From Lama glama (lineage: Eukaryota): a stretch of DNA of 64,000 nt. Position 1 is the stretch's first letter, and each line of letters begins with the position of its first letter. The notes beneath the pieces are model-generated. The model was given only the letters and a program-made list of their open reading frames with translations, was not told the DNA's origin and did not search any database. This document shows, in pieces, positions 37,990 to 50,100 of this stretch. The stretch covers positions 75,208,001-75,272,000 of the forward strand of contig CM052816.1 in the NCBI GenBank assembly GCA_028534125.1, given 5' to 3'. Position numbers and translations under genes: made by a program.

Positions 37990-40745
37990 GCGTATTATAA
38001 ATAATTCTATGCAAAGAAGCCTGATAACTTAATAAAATAGAAAAATTCTCTAAAAGCACAACTTATCAAAAAATAGCCCAAAACAGAAGATCTAAATTGG
38101 TCTGAATCTGCCAAGAAAATTGAATCCATGATTAAAATCCTTCCCATGAAGAAAACTGCAGGCGTAAATGGCTTCTCTGGCTAATTCCTCCAAAATTTCA
38201 GGAGGAAATAATACTGTGTTTATATACATTCTTTCAGAGACTAAAGAAAGAGAACACTTCCAAATCACATTGTAAACTCAGTGTAATCCTAGTACTGAAA
38301 CTGAGAAGGACATTATAGGTAAAAAAATTTTATCCCTTCCTCGTCCATGAACATAAACTCACAACTCTAAACACAAAATTAAGAAATAGAATACAATATA
38401 GAAATAGCGTAATAACTCAAAACTAAGTAAGGTTTATTTCACAAATACAATGATAGTGTAATAGTTAGAAATCAATTAGTCAACATAACTTCAAAAATAG
38501 CCGTAAAACAGAGAAAAACCATATATCTACATAGATACAAAAAAGGCATTTGACAAAATTCACCCCATTCATGATTTGAGAAAAAACAACTATGAACAAA
38601 TTGGGGGTAAAAGAGATTTTAATGTGATAAAAGACATCTACAAAAGTCTAGAGCTGACATACTTAATGGTCTAATATTAAACATTTTCCTCTAAGTCTGG
38701 GAATGTCCACTGCTGCCAAGTCCATTAACATAGTTTTGAAAGTTCAGTCAGTAGGCAAAAAAGGAAATGAAATTTATAAAGTTATTAAAGAATAAAAGAA
38801 ATAAAATTGTCTATATTTACAAATTACCATATTAGCTACATGAGAATTCCAAAAGAAGTTATAAATTATTAGAATTAATAAGTAATTTAGCAAATTTGCT
38901 GGATGGAAAATCAGTATAGAAAAAGTACTTTTGCTTTTTGTTTTTTATGCATCAGCTGAAAAAGTAAAGAGTTAGAAAAACAAAGCCATTTAAAATAGCA
39001 CCTGGAAGCTATGTATTTGTGAATCAGACTTAACAAAAGCTGTATAAGACATCTATAATTAAAACTACAAAATGTGGCCAAAAGATGTTAAAGAAGACTT
39101 AAGGAAATAGTGATATATCAAGTCTGTGGATTAGAAGAGTTAATATTTTTAAGATGCCATGTTCCCTAAATAGATCTATAAATTCAATGTGACCCCAATC
39201 AAAATTCTAGCAGAATTTTGTGTAGAAATTGACAAGCTGATTCTAAAGGTTTTATGGACATGAAAGGACCTTAAAAACGTCAGATAATGTTGAAGAACAA
39301 AGATGGAGGGCTCAGAATACCAGATTTTGAGACTTACTACAAAGCTCTAGTTATTAAGAGAGTATGTATGGTATTGTGCAAGGAGAGACAAGTAGACCAA
39401 TTGGACAGAATTAAGAGTCCAGAAATAGATTCACATGTATAGAGGCTGTTGATCTATTATAAAGGTGCCACTGTAGTTTAGTGAGAGAAAGGGTGGTCTA
39501 TGCATTAAATAGTGCCACAGTATTAAACATTCATATGGAAAATGAACCTTGCCCCCTGTATTACAGCATTTGAGATGAAGTTTTATCTATATGTAAAACA
39601 CAGAAAAATAATGCTTCAAGAAGAAAACAGAAGATATGTTTTTAATTTTAGGGTAGGCATAGATTTATTAAACAAGATACATAAAGCACTCAGCAAAAAG
39701 CCAAAACTAAAACTAAAATCAAACAAAAAAAACCCCAAACCCTGATCCTCTGGACTTCAGTAAAATCACAACTGCTGATTCATCAAAAGATATCAATCAT
39801 CACAAAAATGAAAAGGCAAGCCACATGCTGGAAGAAGATATTTGTAATTTATATATCTGACAAAGGACTGGTATCCTGAATATATTGAGTTCATGCAAAT
39901 TAATGATACAGACAAACTATATGAGACATTCAAAAATTTTTGGTAATTTTTAAAAAATTTCAGGTATTTCGTGAAACAGGATATCCATACAAACAATAAG
40001 TATATCAAAATCTAATCAGTATCATTACTCACCCAGAAAACAAATTAAAATCACAGTAAGGTAACACTTTACATGCACTAAAATGGCAAAAAGTTAAAGG
40101 ATTTACAGTATGAAATATTTGTCAAACTGCTGGTGAGAATGTAAACTAGTACAAACATTTTGGAAAATTTACAGTTTCTACAAAACCTGCACTCCTATAG
40201 TTCAGGAATTTTATTCTTTGTTACACAAGATATAGAAATGTACACATATCTTCACCAAAACTTCTAGAAGAGTGTTAATAGAGTTATTAGTTATAATAGC
40301 TAAAAACAAGAAATAACAAAATACCTATCGGGAGAATGAATAAAAAAACCCATGGTGCATTCATACAATGGAATTAATACAAACAGTAAAAAACAATCAG
40401 CTACTGATGAATAACGTGGATGAATATCAAAATAATTATGCTTCTAGAAACCAGACAAAAAAAGAATACATAGTTTTGATTTTTTACATGAGATTTAAAC
40501 CAGGTAAAACCAATGTGTGACAAAAGTCAAAACAGTGTTTATCTTGGGGGAGAGCAATTATTAGGAGGAGCCATGAGAGAAATTTTTCAAGAGAAATTCT
40601 TCAGATGCTGGTACTGCTCTATGCCTTGATTTAGTGGTGGTTATCCAGGTGTATACATATGCAAAAACACATCCAGTTTAAGATGAGTGTATTCTATGCA
40701 CTTCACTGAATGTGTGTTATAGCACTTCAATTCAAAAGTAAGCAC
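37990..40745 (+). mobile_element. Old L1 (L1ME/MD-like), ~2.75 kb of decayed ORF2 plus 3' UTR
   Basis: aagaaaactgcaggcgtaaatggcttctctgg (KSPGPDGF region), aaaaggcatttgacaaaattca (KAFDKI), gaaattgacaagctgattctaaa, and the 3' UTR ccttgatttagtggtggtta..caggtgtatacatatg. Many stops and frameshifts. Confidence 0.92.
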
Positions 40746-41799
40746 ATTTAAAATTAGATTTTACGGAAAGTAAAAAGCATCAGGTAAAAGAACGTAATCA
40801 AATAGAATAAAATAATAAAAGGTAAGATGAAGGCTAGAGGAACTCAAGTTCCAAATTCTCACATCTCTGGAGCAGACGACCAGGTTACAGCTCTCTGTGA
40901 TGAAATAGCAGGCAATGAACACTGAAGTCTTTGCAGGATTTAGGTTCACTAAAGGTCAGCTAACTCCTGGAACATCAGGCTTCAGAGTCTGCAGTCCTTC
41001 ACCTCCTGGGGATGGCTCAACTGATACCAAACAGTCATTAACACCTCAAAGAGAGTAGATCACGAAGCCGCCTCAGGCACCCAGCCCAAACTCTGCAGTC
41101 TGGTAGGCTGTAGCAACCAGGGGAGAATTTTTGCCACTTATCCCTTCCTTTTCTCACCAGCAGACCCCTGGAGAATGCCTCTGGTGTGGACTGACACAGC
41201 CAGCATCCTTTGCCTTTTGTCCACTATCCACAAAAAAAGCAGTTCCTTCTTTCTGTGGATGAGATTTGAGGCATTGTCAAAAAACTGCCACTAGATAATC
41301 TATTTTAGGATATTGGGAAATTACTAGTAATCCACTGTGATAGAAAAATGTGTTGAATAACTGAAAGAGTATATTAAACCTGGTGTTTGAATTTCATATC
41401 ACATTCTCAAACTTTGCTGTGTAAAATGGATGAGATTAACCACCAAAGAGTTCTGGCTAAATCAATCATTTGCTTTCTGTTGCCCTCAGCTTGCTCTGTG
41501 TACATGCTGGCCCAGATGCTGAGCTCAACCAAGAACATCGCTGTAAACTCCTAGTTTTTGGTGTCATGAACAATAATAACTAAAATAATAGCTCTGTTTG
41601 GTAGTGGCCATCTCAGCCTCTTATTCATCCCAAGCTGTAAAGGCAGGCACATTAGTATTTATGGTCATATGTTGACCAATTGAAACCTCATAGACTGCTT
41701 TCAAATGCAAGTGAAAAAGTGATTTTTAGGGATGAGGTGCTGCGAAGAGCTCTATAGCACTGTAATAGGCAGCTCTTTGCCCAGCACACATTCATACTT

Positions 41800-41980
41800 A
41801 CTAATATTGTCTTTATACTTATATGAGACGTTATAATTTCAACATGCTACTATACACATTGTCTCATTTGATCCTCATAAATTTCTATAAAATGGGTACC
41901 ATATCCATTGAGGATTCACTCAAGGTCGCCGAGTAAGTGGAGGGGATGGAACTAGAACTCATGTTTTAGTTGCTCTACTC
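41800..41980 (-). mobile_element. MIR fragment
   Basis: cacattgtctcatttgatcctcataa...caaggtcgccgagtaagtgg..gggatggaactagaactca. Confidence 0.7.
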
Positions 41981-42534
41981 CAACTTCTATGGTTGGTAAG
42001 GCTGGACTTTCACAAGTGAAATCTGTTTGCTTTTGAGTGCTCAAATTTGAGAGGTTAAACTAGCAAGTATTCTTTTCCCTTTTTTTCTCCCATTGGCCCA
42101 AAACTTTCCAATTCTTGACATTTACATAGGAGATGTTCATCACACCATTCCATGAGCCAGGTCATGCAAGGAACATGGACCACATGGAGATCTTGTTATA
42201 TTGTCCCAAATTAATAGACACCTGTGATGAAAGTAGGGAGCTTATTAAAAAAAAAAAAAGACAAGAAAGCTCCACATTTTGCTTTAGGTTTAGAGAGTGT
42301 CAGACAAACTTTTATTAAATCATTAGAGAAGGGAGACAAATGCATAGCTGCCAACTCAAACACCTGAGAAGTGTCCCTAATTTCTTTAATAAAGCATAAC
42401 ATATAGGGCTTAACTCTAAGAAGAAAATTAATTAAAAAATTAAGGTCCATAAAGTCATTCAGCACCTGAAATGAGTAAAAATATAATTCATGAACCGTCA
42501 CTATTTCCTACACTATTCACATTATTTTTCTCCA

Positions 42535-42670
42535 TTGTTTTAGTAAGGTATAATTTTATATTTAGGAAAATTACTCCTTTTCAGTGTTCAGTTCTGCAAA
42601 TTTTGGCTAACACATGCATTTGTATAACCACCACTCAATGAAGATACAGAATAATTCTATCACCCCCTAC
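42535..42670 (-). mobile_element. Old L1M 3' terminal fragment
   Basis: aggtataatttta...cagtgttcagttctg...tgtataaccaccac...aagatacagaataattctatcacccc. Confidence 0.75.
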
Positions 42671-44769
42671 CAAAAAAAAGCATCCCACGACATATATGCT
42701 CTATGACTTTCTACAATTAAGTAAAATGTGTTAACAAACCATGACATCCAGAAACACAGATGTTAAGTTATGTGTGTATATGCTAAATATGTGTAAATTA
42801 TTTTCCTAAGTGGTGGACCTATGTCTGTCAGACTCTGCAACTCTTATCAACCATTCCAGGATACACACTATTGAGATCTGGAGCTTTAAAGCTGAGGAAC
42901 ACCCTAGCTTATATAGATAGACCCCCCAAAAGACCCTTTGTCAGGAAAGTGGGACCTGCTGGAGGTGGAGTCCAGCTCCTTGGTTGTAAAAAAATATGTT
43001 GTTCTTTTTCTTTCTCAACACAACACAAACCCTCCTTCATAAATTATTTTTGACTTCGCCCAGTGTGAGATTTTTCTCCCCTGTATGAATGTTGCTCTGA
43101 TTTTACAGTAGAAATTTGTTAAAGAACAAAACTTACAGAACTGTGCTGTAGTTGTAGAAAATGCTTAATTCACAATTTCATGATTCTAGCTGCATCTTGA
43201 CCACGAAGTAAGGGATGCGAGTTTTATCAATGACCAAGCTATCCTGGACTGAAACCCCACAGAGGAAGATGGGACAAGGAAAAATTTGCTGCTTATGGCA
43301 TCATCCAACTGTGTATATAGAAAGCATCATTATATTTTAACATGCTGGGAACACTCGTCTTGATTGAATGTTAGTCAATAAAAATTCCCTTTTAAAGGAT
43401 TGCTGCTGTGGGGTCTGCTCTTGTTTCCTGAAGCTGCAGAGACATGCTGAGAATTCAAAGAAAAGCACACTGCATAATACTTAATAAAGTGCTAACGAGG
43501 CACAGTCACTTGTCCATTAAAAATGCAGTAAATTTTTCTGAAAATTAGATTTAATATCGTCAATTTTTTTCCTTCCTGGAACCACAGATTACATAAATAT
43601 TTCGATTAGATCCAAGATAGAGAGAAGGACATGCTAAAAATGATGAAATGAAAATTATAGTTATCCACTGGATATCAGAAGAAAGAAAGGAGATGAAAAG
43701 ATTTATAATAAAAATAAAACTCAAAGGAATTCAAACTCATTCCATTTGCAATTAAAGTACACGTTTAAGTATGAGGTTATGCAGCCTTAGCAGATGAGCT
43801 GAGCTAATTTATAGGTATTTAATTAACTCTGCAGGGAAGAGTCCCCTGTTGTTGCTTTGTGAGTATAATATTTATATTGATAATTATAAAACTAATTTAA
43901 AATATTAAAGGAGACCTAAGCAAATGCAGTAAAGCCCATTCTCTCTCAGACTCCAAATGGTCCATATCAGATCGTGAAAACTGATGAAATATTCTGCAAG
44001 AGATTTACTTGGGACTTCAGTTGTAGGGGAAAAGAGAGACAGGGAAAATATAGCAAGACTCCTTTTTGTTTTCTTTGAGTGGAGGAATCTAGAGCGTCCT
44101 GTTTTCTTTTTATTGTCTTGGTTGAAAAGAACATAGGGCCAATAACAGGAAATAACGTCTATTTTAAAAGACACAGACCGCTGACAAGCAGTCAACCCCT
44201 CGGTTAGTATTAATTCAGGGTAACTTTTGTTTTTCCCTCTCTTGAATTTCTCCCACTCCCTACACAGGCACATTTTTTTCTTCAAAGTTAAAGGCAACCA
44301 CATGAATGTTTTCTCCTTTCTCTTTAAGAACTGATCCTAGAATTTACTCAAGGATCAGCCCACACAAGCAATAGAACTGAAGGGTTATGGGCCTGCTTCT
44401 GTTCTCCCAACAGCAGGGAAAAACGTGGTTGAGTTGGTGGGCAAAATTCTCCTGAAAGAAGAATTCGTTAAACTCAAAACTTCTCAGAGAAAGTAATGGC
44501 ATTGTAAAAAGAGGTATTAGTTAGTTGAAAATATTTACAGAGCACTTAATGGACAGCATATGCACAGTTTTCTCTAAGCTTCATCCTGCTTGTCTTTAGA
44601 GAGGAGAGTGAAAAGTGTTATTTTCTAAGATGTCTTGGCTTAAAACTCTTATCGATTACAGAAATATTAGAGACATTGTTAGTAGAGCAGATATGTTTTC
44701 AAAAGAATGAAAACTTTATTCACTACTGAGAAGTGTATGCTCAAAAGCCAGCATTGGGCGGTGGGGGGT

Positions 44770-44890
44770 GGGGAGTGGTATAGCTTAGTGGTAGAGCGTG
44801 TGCTTAGAATGCACGAGGTCCCGGGTTCAATTCCCAGTACCTCCATTTAAAAATCAATCAATCAATCAAATCATCTCTCCCCCCAAAAAG
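44770..44890 (+). mobile_element. tRNA-Ala-derived SINE (camelid vic-1-like)
   Basis: ggggagtggtatagcttagtggtagagcgtgtgcttagaatgcacgaggtcccgggttcaattcccagtacctcca with Pol III A and B boxes, then (AATC)n, ctcccccc and an A tail. Same architecture as the copy at 53302-53456. Confidence 0.9.
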
Positions 44891-44924
44891 CTAGAAAAAT
44901 AATCCAATACTACATCTGTCTACT

Positions 44925-45192
44925 TCCGTACAGCATCTTTAAATCTCTCTCTCTCTCCTCTACTTCTGTCTTCCTTCTCTGATTCTAACACTCCTGTACT
45001 CCTGCCTCCCTCTTGTAAGGACTCTTATAATTCCATTGGGCCCATCCAGATAACTCAGGATAATCTCCTCATCTCAAAGTCCTTAACATATTTACATCTG
45101 CAAAGTCCCTTTTGCTATGTAAGGAAATATAAACACAGGTTTCTGGGATTAGGATGTGGATAACTGAGGGAACCATTATCCTGTCTACCACA
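44925..45192 (-). mobile_element. MaLR LTR 5' half (MLT1D-like)
   Basis: cattgggcccatccagataactcaggataatctcc...catctgcaaagtcccttttgc...gggattaggatgtgga...ctgtctaccaca. Confidence 0.85.
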
Positions 45193-45194
45193 TA

Positions 45195-45790
45195 TGCCAG
45201 TTGCTAAGCTGTTTTTCCTTGGTGACAAACTCACTTTTCTACTTCTCTGATTTGAGATAATGGGACTTTGCAAACTATATTTCTGCTTTAGTAGCTGGTT
45301 CTCTGTTAGGTTATGCCCATAGGGGGCATTAAAGGATATTGGAAGGCAGGAAGAGGAAGAAGGGACTGAATTCTTTCTGTCTAGCTTGATGCTCTTACTG
45401 GCATTACTCCAGCAATGGATGGTCCTCACTGGCATCAGCAGATGGTGCAGATCCTGACTTTTTTCCACATCCTCAGAATGGCCACATTTTCAGAATCAGT
45501 CTCATTCCCCTCAGATGACTCACATAAGCTGGGCAATGGACCTCTGCAGAGGTTCAGATCTCTACTCATTAGAGCCACTGCTCCAAGCATCTGGGTTCTC
45601 TGATAACCTCAAATTATTTTCTTTGTCTCTCGAACCCTAGAGATGACAGCAGCTTCTTGCAATAATTACTATAGTGTTCATTTTTAGATTTTTCAGTTCT
45701 CCAACATCTGTTTAAATCACTTCCTTACATTAAAATCTCTTGGTTGAAATACTTAATATACTTTTGGTTCCCTGATACATTTGACTATGA
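45195..45790 (+). mobile_element. ERVL solo LTR (LTR33-like)
   Basis: ccagttgctaagct...gggactttgcaaactatatttctgcttt...ctgttagg...atagggggca...ttccttacattaaaatctct..gttgaaatac. Confidence 0.8.
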
Positions 45791-46852
45791 TCAGTTTTTC
45801 AAACCTCCTAACAAATGGATACAAAATTAAAGAGTGATAATAACTTTAGAAGAAATGAATAGGAGGAGCTGCGATTCCCTCTTCCTGAAATGATCTCAAG
45901 CCTGTCTGTTGCTTGTTGCTTTGCAGGAAACATTATGGTATGGAAAGAAAAGCCTGTCTTCCTAACAAAACATTTCACACGATGATAAGTTCAAAATTTT
46001 CTTCTTAATTTGAAGCAACCAAAATCCAAAAGACATTCACACTTCTTTCGTTTTTGTTTTTGTTTTGTTGAAACAGATACATCATTTAAAGGAACACAAT
46101 GCAGGATTACTAGAAAATCTTAATCCATATTAAAGCTAAAACTGTGCACTCACACACATACACACACACAAAAACCGGTTTAGTTTGGCCAAATTTAATT
46201 CAATACTTATGTAACTTTTAATACCTGTTGTTTAATAGTCCATCTGAGTGATGATCTTAATAAAATGTCATAGGCACATTTGTGTGTGTGCACATACATG
46301 AAAGAGAGAGATAAATTTACAAGTTATATAGTCTTACAGCCTTCAAATAAGCTGCCAAAGGAAACAATTCATTTGAATTTCTAGATGTGTGCCACAGTGA
46401 AACCACAATCACAATGTATGACCTTATTTATTACATGTTTGAGCATCGTTTAGACTACACTCTTGCCAAAGATAAATGCTCTCGACATAAATTGGTAATG
46501 TTCAATCACAGAAATGTGATCTTAATCCTGTTAAAATCTGCTTTTTCTACTGTGACATTAATTAGCAACCCAGAGCCCCTTCTAAACCTCCACATCCAGT
46601 CTTTGAAGAGGTTATTCATCAGATAGGAATGATGTTTGTCTAGGAGTGCACTTCTCTTAATGGACTTAATATCATTATTTTTAAAATGTCCAGATCCTAA
46701 CTGTGCTGCCCTTTCCCCCCACCCCCTGCTCAACTTCAATGGCTCGTATAGCTCTTTAAGGTCACTGAGATACTGGGAGGAGGTGATGTGATATAAATCT
46801 ACCAGAAGTCACAACAATCAAGCACATATACAGTAAAAAGACAACACCTTAG

Positions 46853-47002
46853 TAGCTTACAGTGAAAAAGGATATGAAAAGGAATTTATGTATATTCATG
46901 TATGACTGAAGCATTGTGCTGTACACCAGGAATTGACACAATATTGTAAGCTGACTATACTTCAATTTAAAAAAAGTAATAAAAAATTCCTTGGGAAAAA
47001 AT
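46853..47002 (+). mobile_element. Very short young L1 3' end with TSD
   Basis: gtatgactgaagcattgtgctgtacaccag...ttgtaagctgactatacttcaat plus an A tail. 16-bp TSD aaagacaa(c/t)accttag at 46837-46852 and 47003-47018. Confidence 0.93.
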
Positions 47003-47145
47003 AAAGACAATACCTTAGGGATTGGGTAGGAGGAGTTGGGGGCATACAGCAAGTCACACTGAAGGTTACCATATGTCTAAAGGTGGGTTGCATGAACAAT
47101 GGAATTCAAAGGGAAAAATAATTCCCATAAGGAAAAACGGAAGTG

Positions 47146-47176
47146 GTGTGTGTGTATGTGTGTGTGTGTGTGTGTG
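47146..47176. repeat. (TG)n microsatellite, interrupted
   Basis: gtgtgtgtgtatgtgtgtgtgtgtgtgtgtg. Confidence 0.95.
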
Positions 47177-50100
47177 AAGAGTAGAAGGTGGATGATATTC
47201 TTACTTTCCAATCTGAAGTCTAGTGCTAGTAGTAAGAAACCTAAGGACTGCGACAAAGGTTCAGGTGTGTAGATTCTTTCCCACTGGCTGTTTCCTGAGT
47301 CATGCCCATCCTTTGGCTGTACGCTTAAAGTATGGACCTCAGGGTTAACACAGAGCTTTCCCTACCCTAAGAGAGTCTTGTTTACTGAGAATTTAATGGG
47401 CTCTTATGACAAAATTAGCTATGCCATTGTCTAATATGTTGAGCCACCATAGAAATGATTTAACAGTTGAATTATTGTATAATATAAGAGATTCATAATG
47501 TATGTTAGTTAGAAAAGAAAGGAGAGGTTCTATGGAAAAAAATATTAATTTTAATTTGAAAATATTGAAGTAAGGGCAAGGACTATCCTTGGAGTTTAAG
47601 TTCTAGAGGAATAATATCAAACTTAAAAACATCTGGATTAAAATGAGGAACAAAGGAAGAATCAAATGACAGAAGAATAAAACTCACTTATAAAACCAGA
47701 AGATAACACAATATGATAAACTAATTATATTTAAAAATGAAACAAAACAAAACTATGGACGATGTTCTAACTGGCAACCCTGGTACTAGGCCTAGACTCC
47801 TATATGCTCTTCCCCTTAATGTCCCAGGAGAGTGAGCATGGAAAAAGCAAAGTTATTGGAATAACACATGCTAAGGGGTATATTAAGGTTATGGTTGTGG
47901 AGAGGAGATTCAAAGATGCTTAGTACATCAGCAAAAGAAAGGTGTGGGATCTGGATACAATGAGCCAAGTGACAAATCAATTCGAATGGATATATATTTA
48001 ATAATCAGAAATTTGCATTTCTCTGATGACTTAACTCAAAGTTCAAGCCTAAAGTGGGAGCCTTGTGCACTTATGGGTTAATGCATCTTAATCCTCATGT
48101 GAAGATATAACAAAATCATATACATAATATGTTGCTTATCCCAGGGTCTACAGATGTACTGAGGATGGAGCAACTGTACCTAAGTTTATTAGTGTGCCCT
48201 CCCTCTTCCTTGGAAGTGATTTTCAGATAATATATGGTAGGGAGTCTGAATCACTGAGTGAAACATGGCTGATTAATTTCTCTATTAATTATTATGTCAG
48301 ATAAAGTTATATTTTCCAACACTATTTTAAAACTATATAAAAATTTTTAAGTGCTAATTTCCACCCTCTTGTGGTCTGGCATATGCCCCTGGGAATTAAA
48401 CAAAGATTGACTACTTGGGTATAATTTCTGTGGAAATGATATATACTGCCAACATATCTAAATTAAAAAACAAGCTTCCTGATCCAGGCAAAACATCTGA
48501 ATAATTGAATGAATCACCCCATTTTCATCTGGGTGTTGTGTTGGTTGCTGTAGGCACAACTACACAACAGAAAGTGAAGTGGGAAGGAACAACCTAATTA
48601 GTGTTGTCAAATAAACAAGTCTAGAGATGCCAAATTTGGTATTTTGATCCAAATTAATCAGTCAAATTTTCTACAGTAACTGTGTTAACTGAATAATTCC
48701 CAAATTCCATCTAACTTTTGTTTTTGCTTTTCTTCTTGTCTTTCCCTGCTTTCAACCTATGATGGTTTCTGCTCTTCTCCTTCTTGGTTCATTGTTTGCA
48801 GTACAGATTATACAGACGTGTCTCTAGGCTAATCTTAAAATGGCTAATACTTATCAGTGACAGATACGTAAAATTATCCTTTGTTTGTCCAACACCATTG
48901 CATCATATTACTAATTAGCTGACCTGCCAATATTTGCTTCATATGAAATCTGTTTGCATAATTTCTAAATTGCTTATAATGTATTTCAATTGCTCCTATA
49001 ACCATTAACTTCAGCAAATGTCCTACCATCAAATCATACCACTAAATACATTGCAGGTGGAAATGTGCTTATTTAACATTGCCTATCATTTCCAACAGCT
49101 ATTTTGTATAGTTTATTTTAAAATCGTTTTTTTAATGAGGTGAAGGCCTCCCAATCCCCTTTAGAGTCATTGTAATGAGCTACAGTCATTTCAAACCCAT
49201 TCTTTTCAAATGCTGTATTTTCCAAACCCTGTGTCTCTTAGGTATAAGTAGGGAGCTGCATTTCAGCTTTTTTAATATTTGTGAAGAAAATAAGAGTAGT
49301 GTGAAAAATTATAATGTATTTTTTAATCTCACTAATCAAATTTAATAATTAGGAATAATGAGTAATATATTGCAGAAGATTATACAAACAGTTGTCATGT
49401 ACGAAGAACTTAGGTTTTATAATTACACAAAGTATATGATAATGCTGGGTTATAATTTCTTTGCTATAAATTATTTTAAATGCAAAATAACTTAACTGTT
49501 ATTAGCCAGTGAATACTGAGACATTCTTCCTCTGTTTCTTAATAGTCTGTAGGTGGCCACATTAATTAGCCATCACTTTAAATATTTTCATTTTTGACTT
49601 TCTACACAATCAAGATTAGTCTTATGACCCTTTGTATCTGCAGACGAGCATGATTTACTTTGAGAAGTGTGCCATTTTTCAGTGCCCTGACCACATGGGT
49701 TTTCTGCCAAACCCATTAATTTTTAGGTTGCATACTTACTAATTTTTCTGTTTTAGGAAGGTGGTTCTGCAATTTCCTCATCCCACAATGATATTTATGT
49801 GTGGGTGCCCTCTTGAATTGTATTTTCTTAATTCCTATTCTCTTCCACGTGCTTCACAAACCTGAATCACTAGGCCAGGGAAATAAGGCATCTAGGCATT
49901 TTCAGTCTCCTTTTGGAACTTTTTGTCAGTTGCTAGGTGACTTGTAACAGATTTTGGCATTCATCTCTTCTGGGTCCACAATTGTCTTTGCTGGGCCAGG
50001 AAAGCAGCTCCTTAGCCATCTTGCACTAATGATAATTTGTTCTTATTTGACATAGTATAAATTTTGTAACATTTCCTGCAGGGTGTTTAAGGACAAGTTT

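Noticed and set aside
37990..40745. Functional L1 ORF2 / reverse transcriptase gene
   Set aside because: Riddled with stops and frameshifts. The ORF track shows nothing longer than ~70 aa here.
42458..42466. Perfect REST left half-site TTCAGCACC
   Set aside because: No GGACAG right half at any plausible spacing.
44774..44846. tRNA gene (Ser-AGA or Ala)
   Set aside because: Broken acceptor stem, SINE body and A tail, and a second dispersed copy in the window. It is a SINE.
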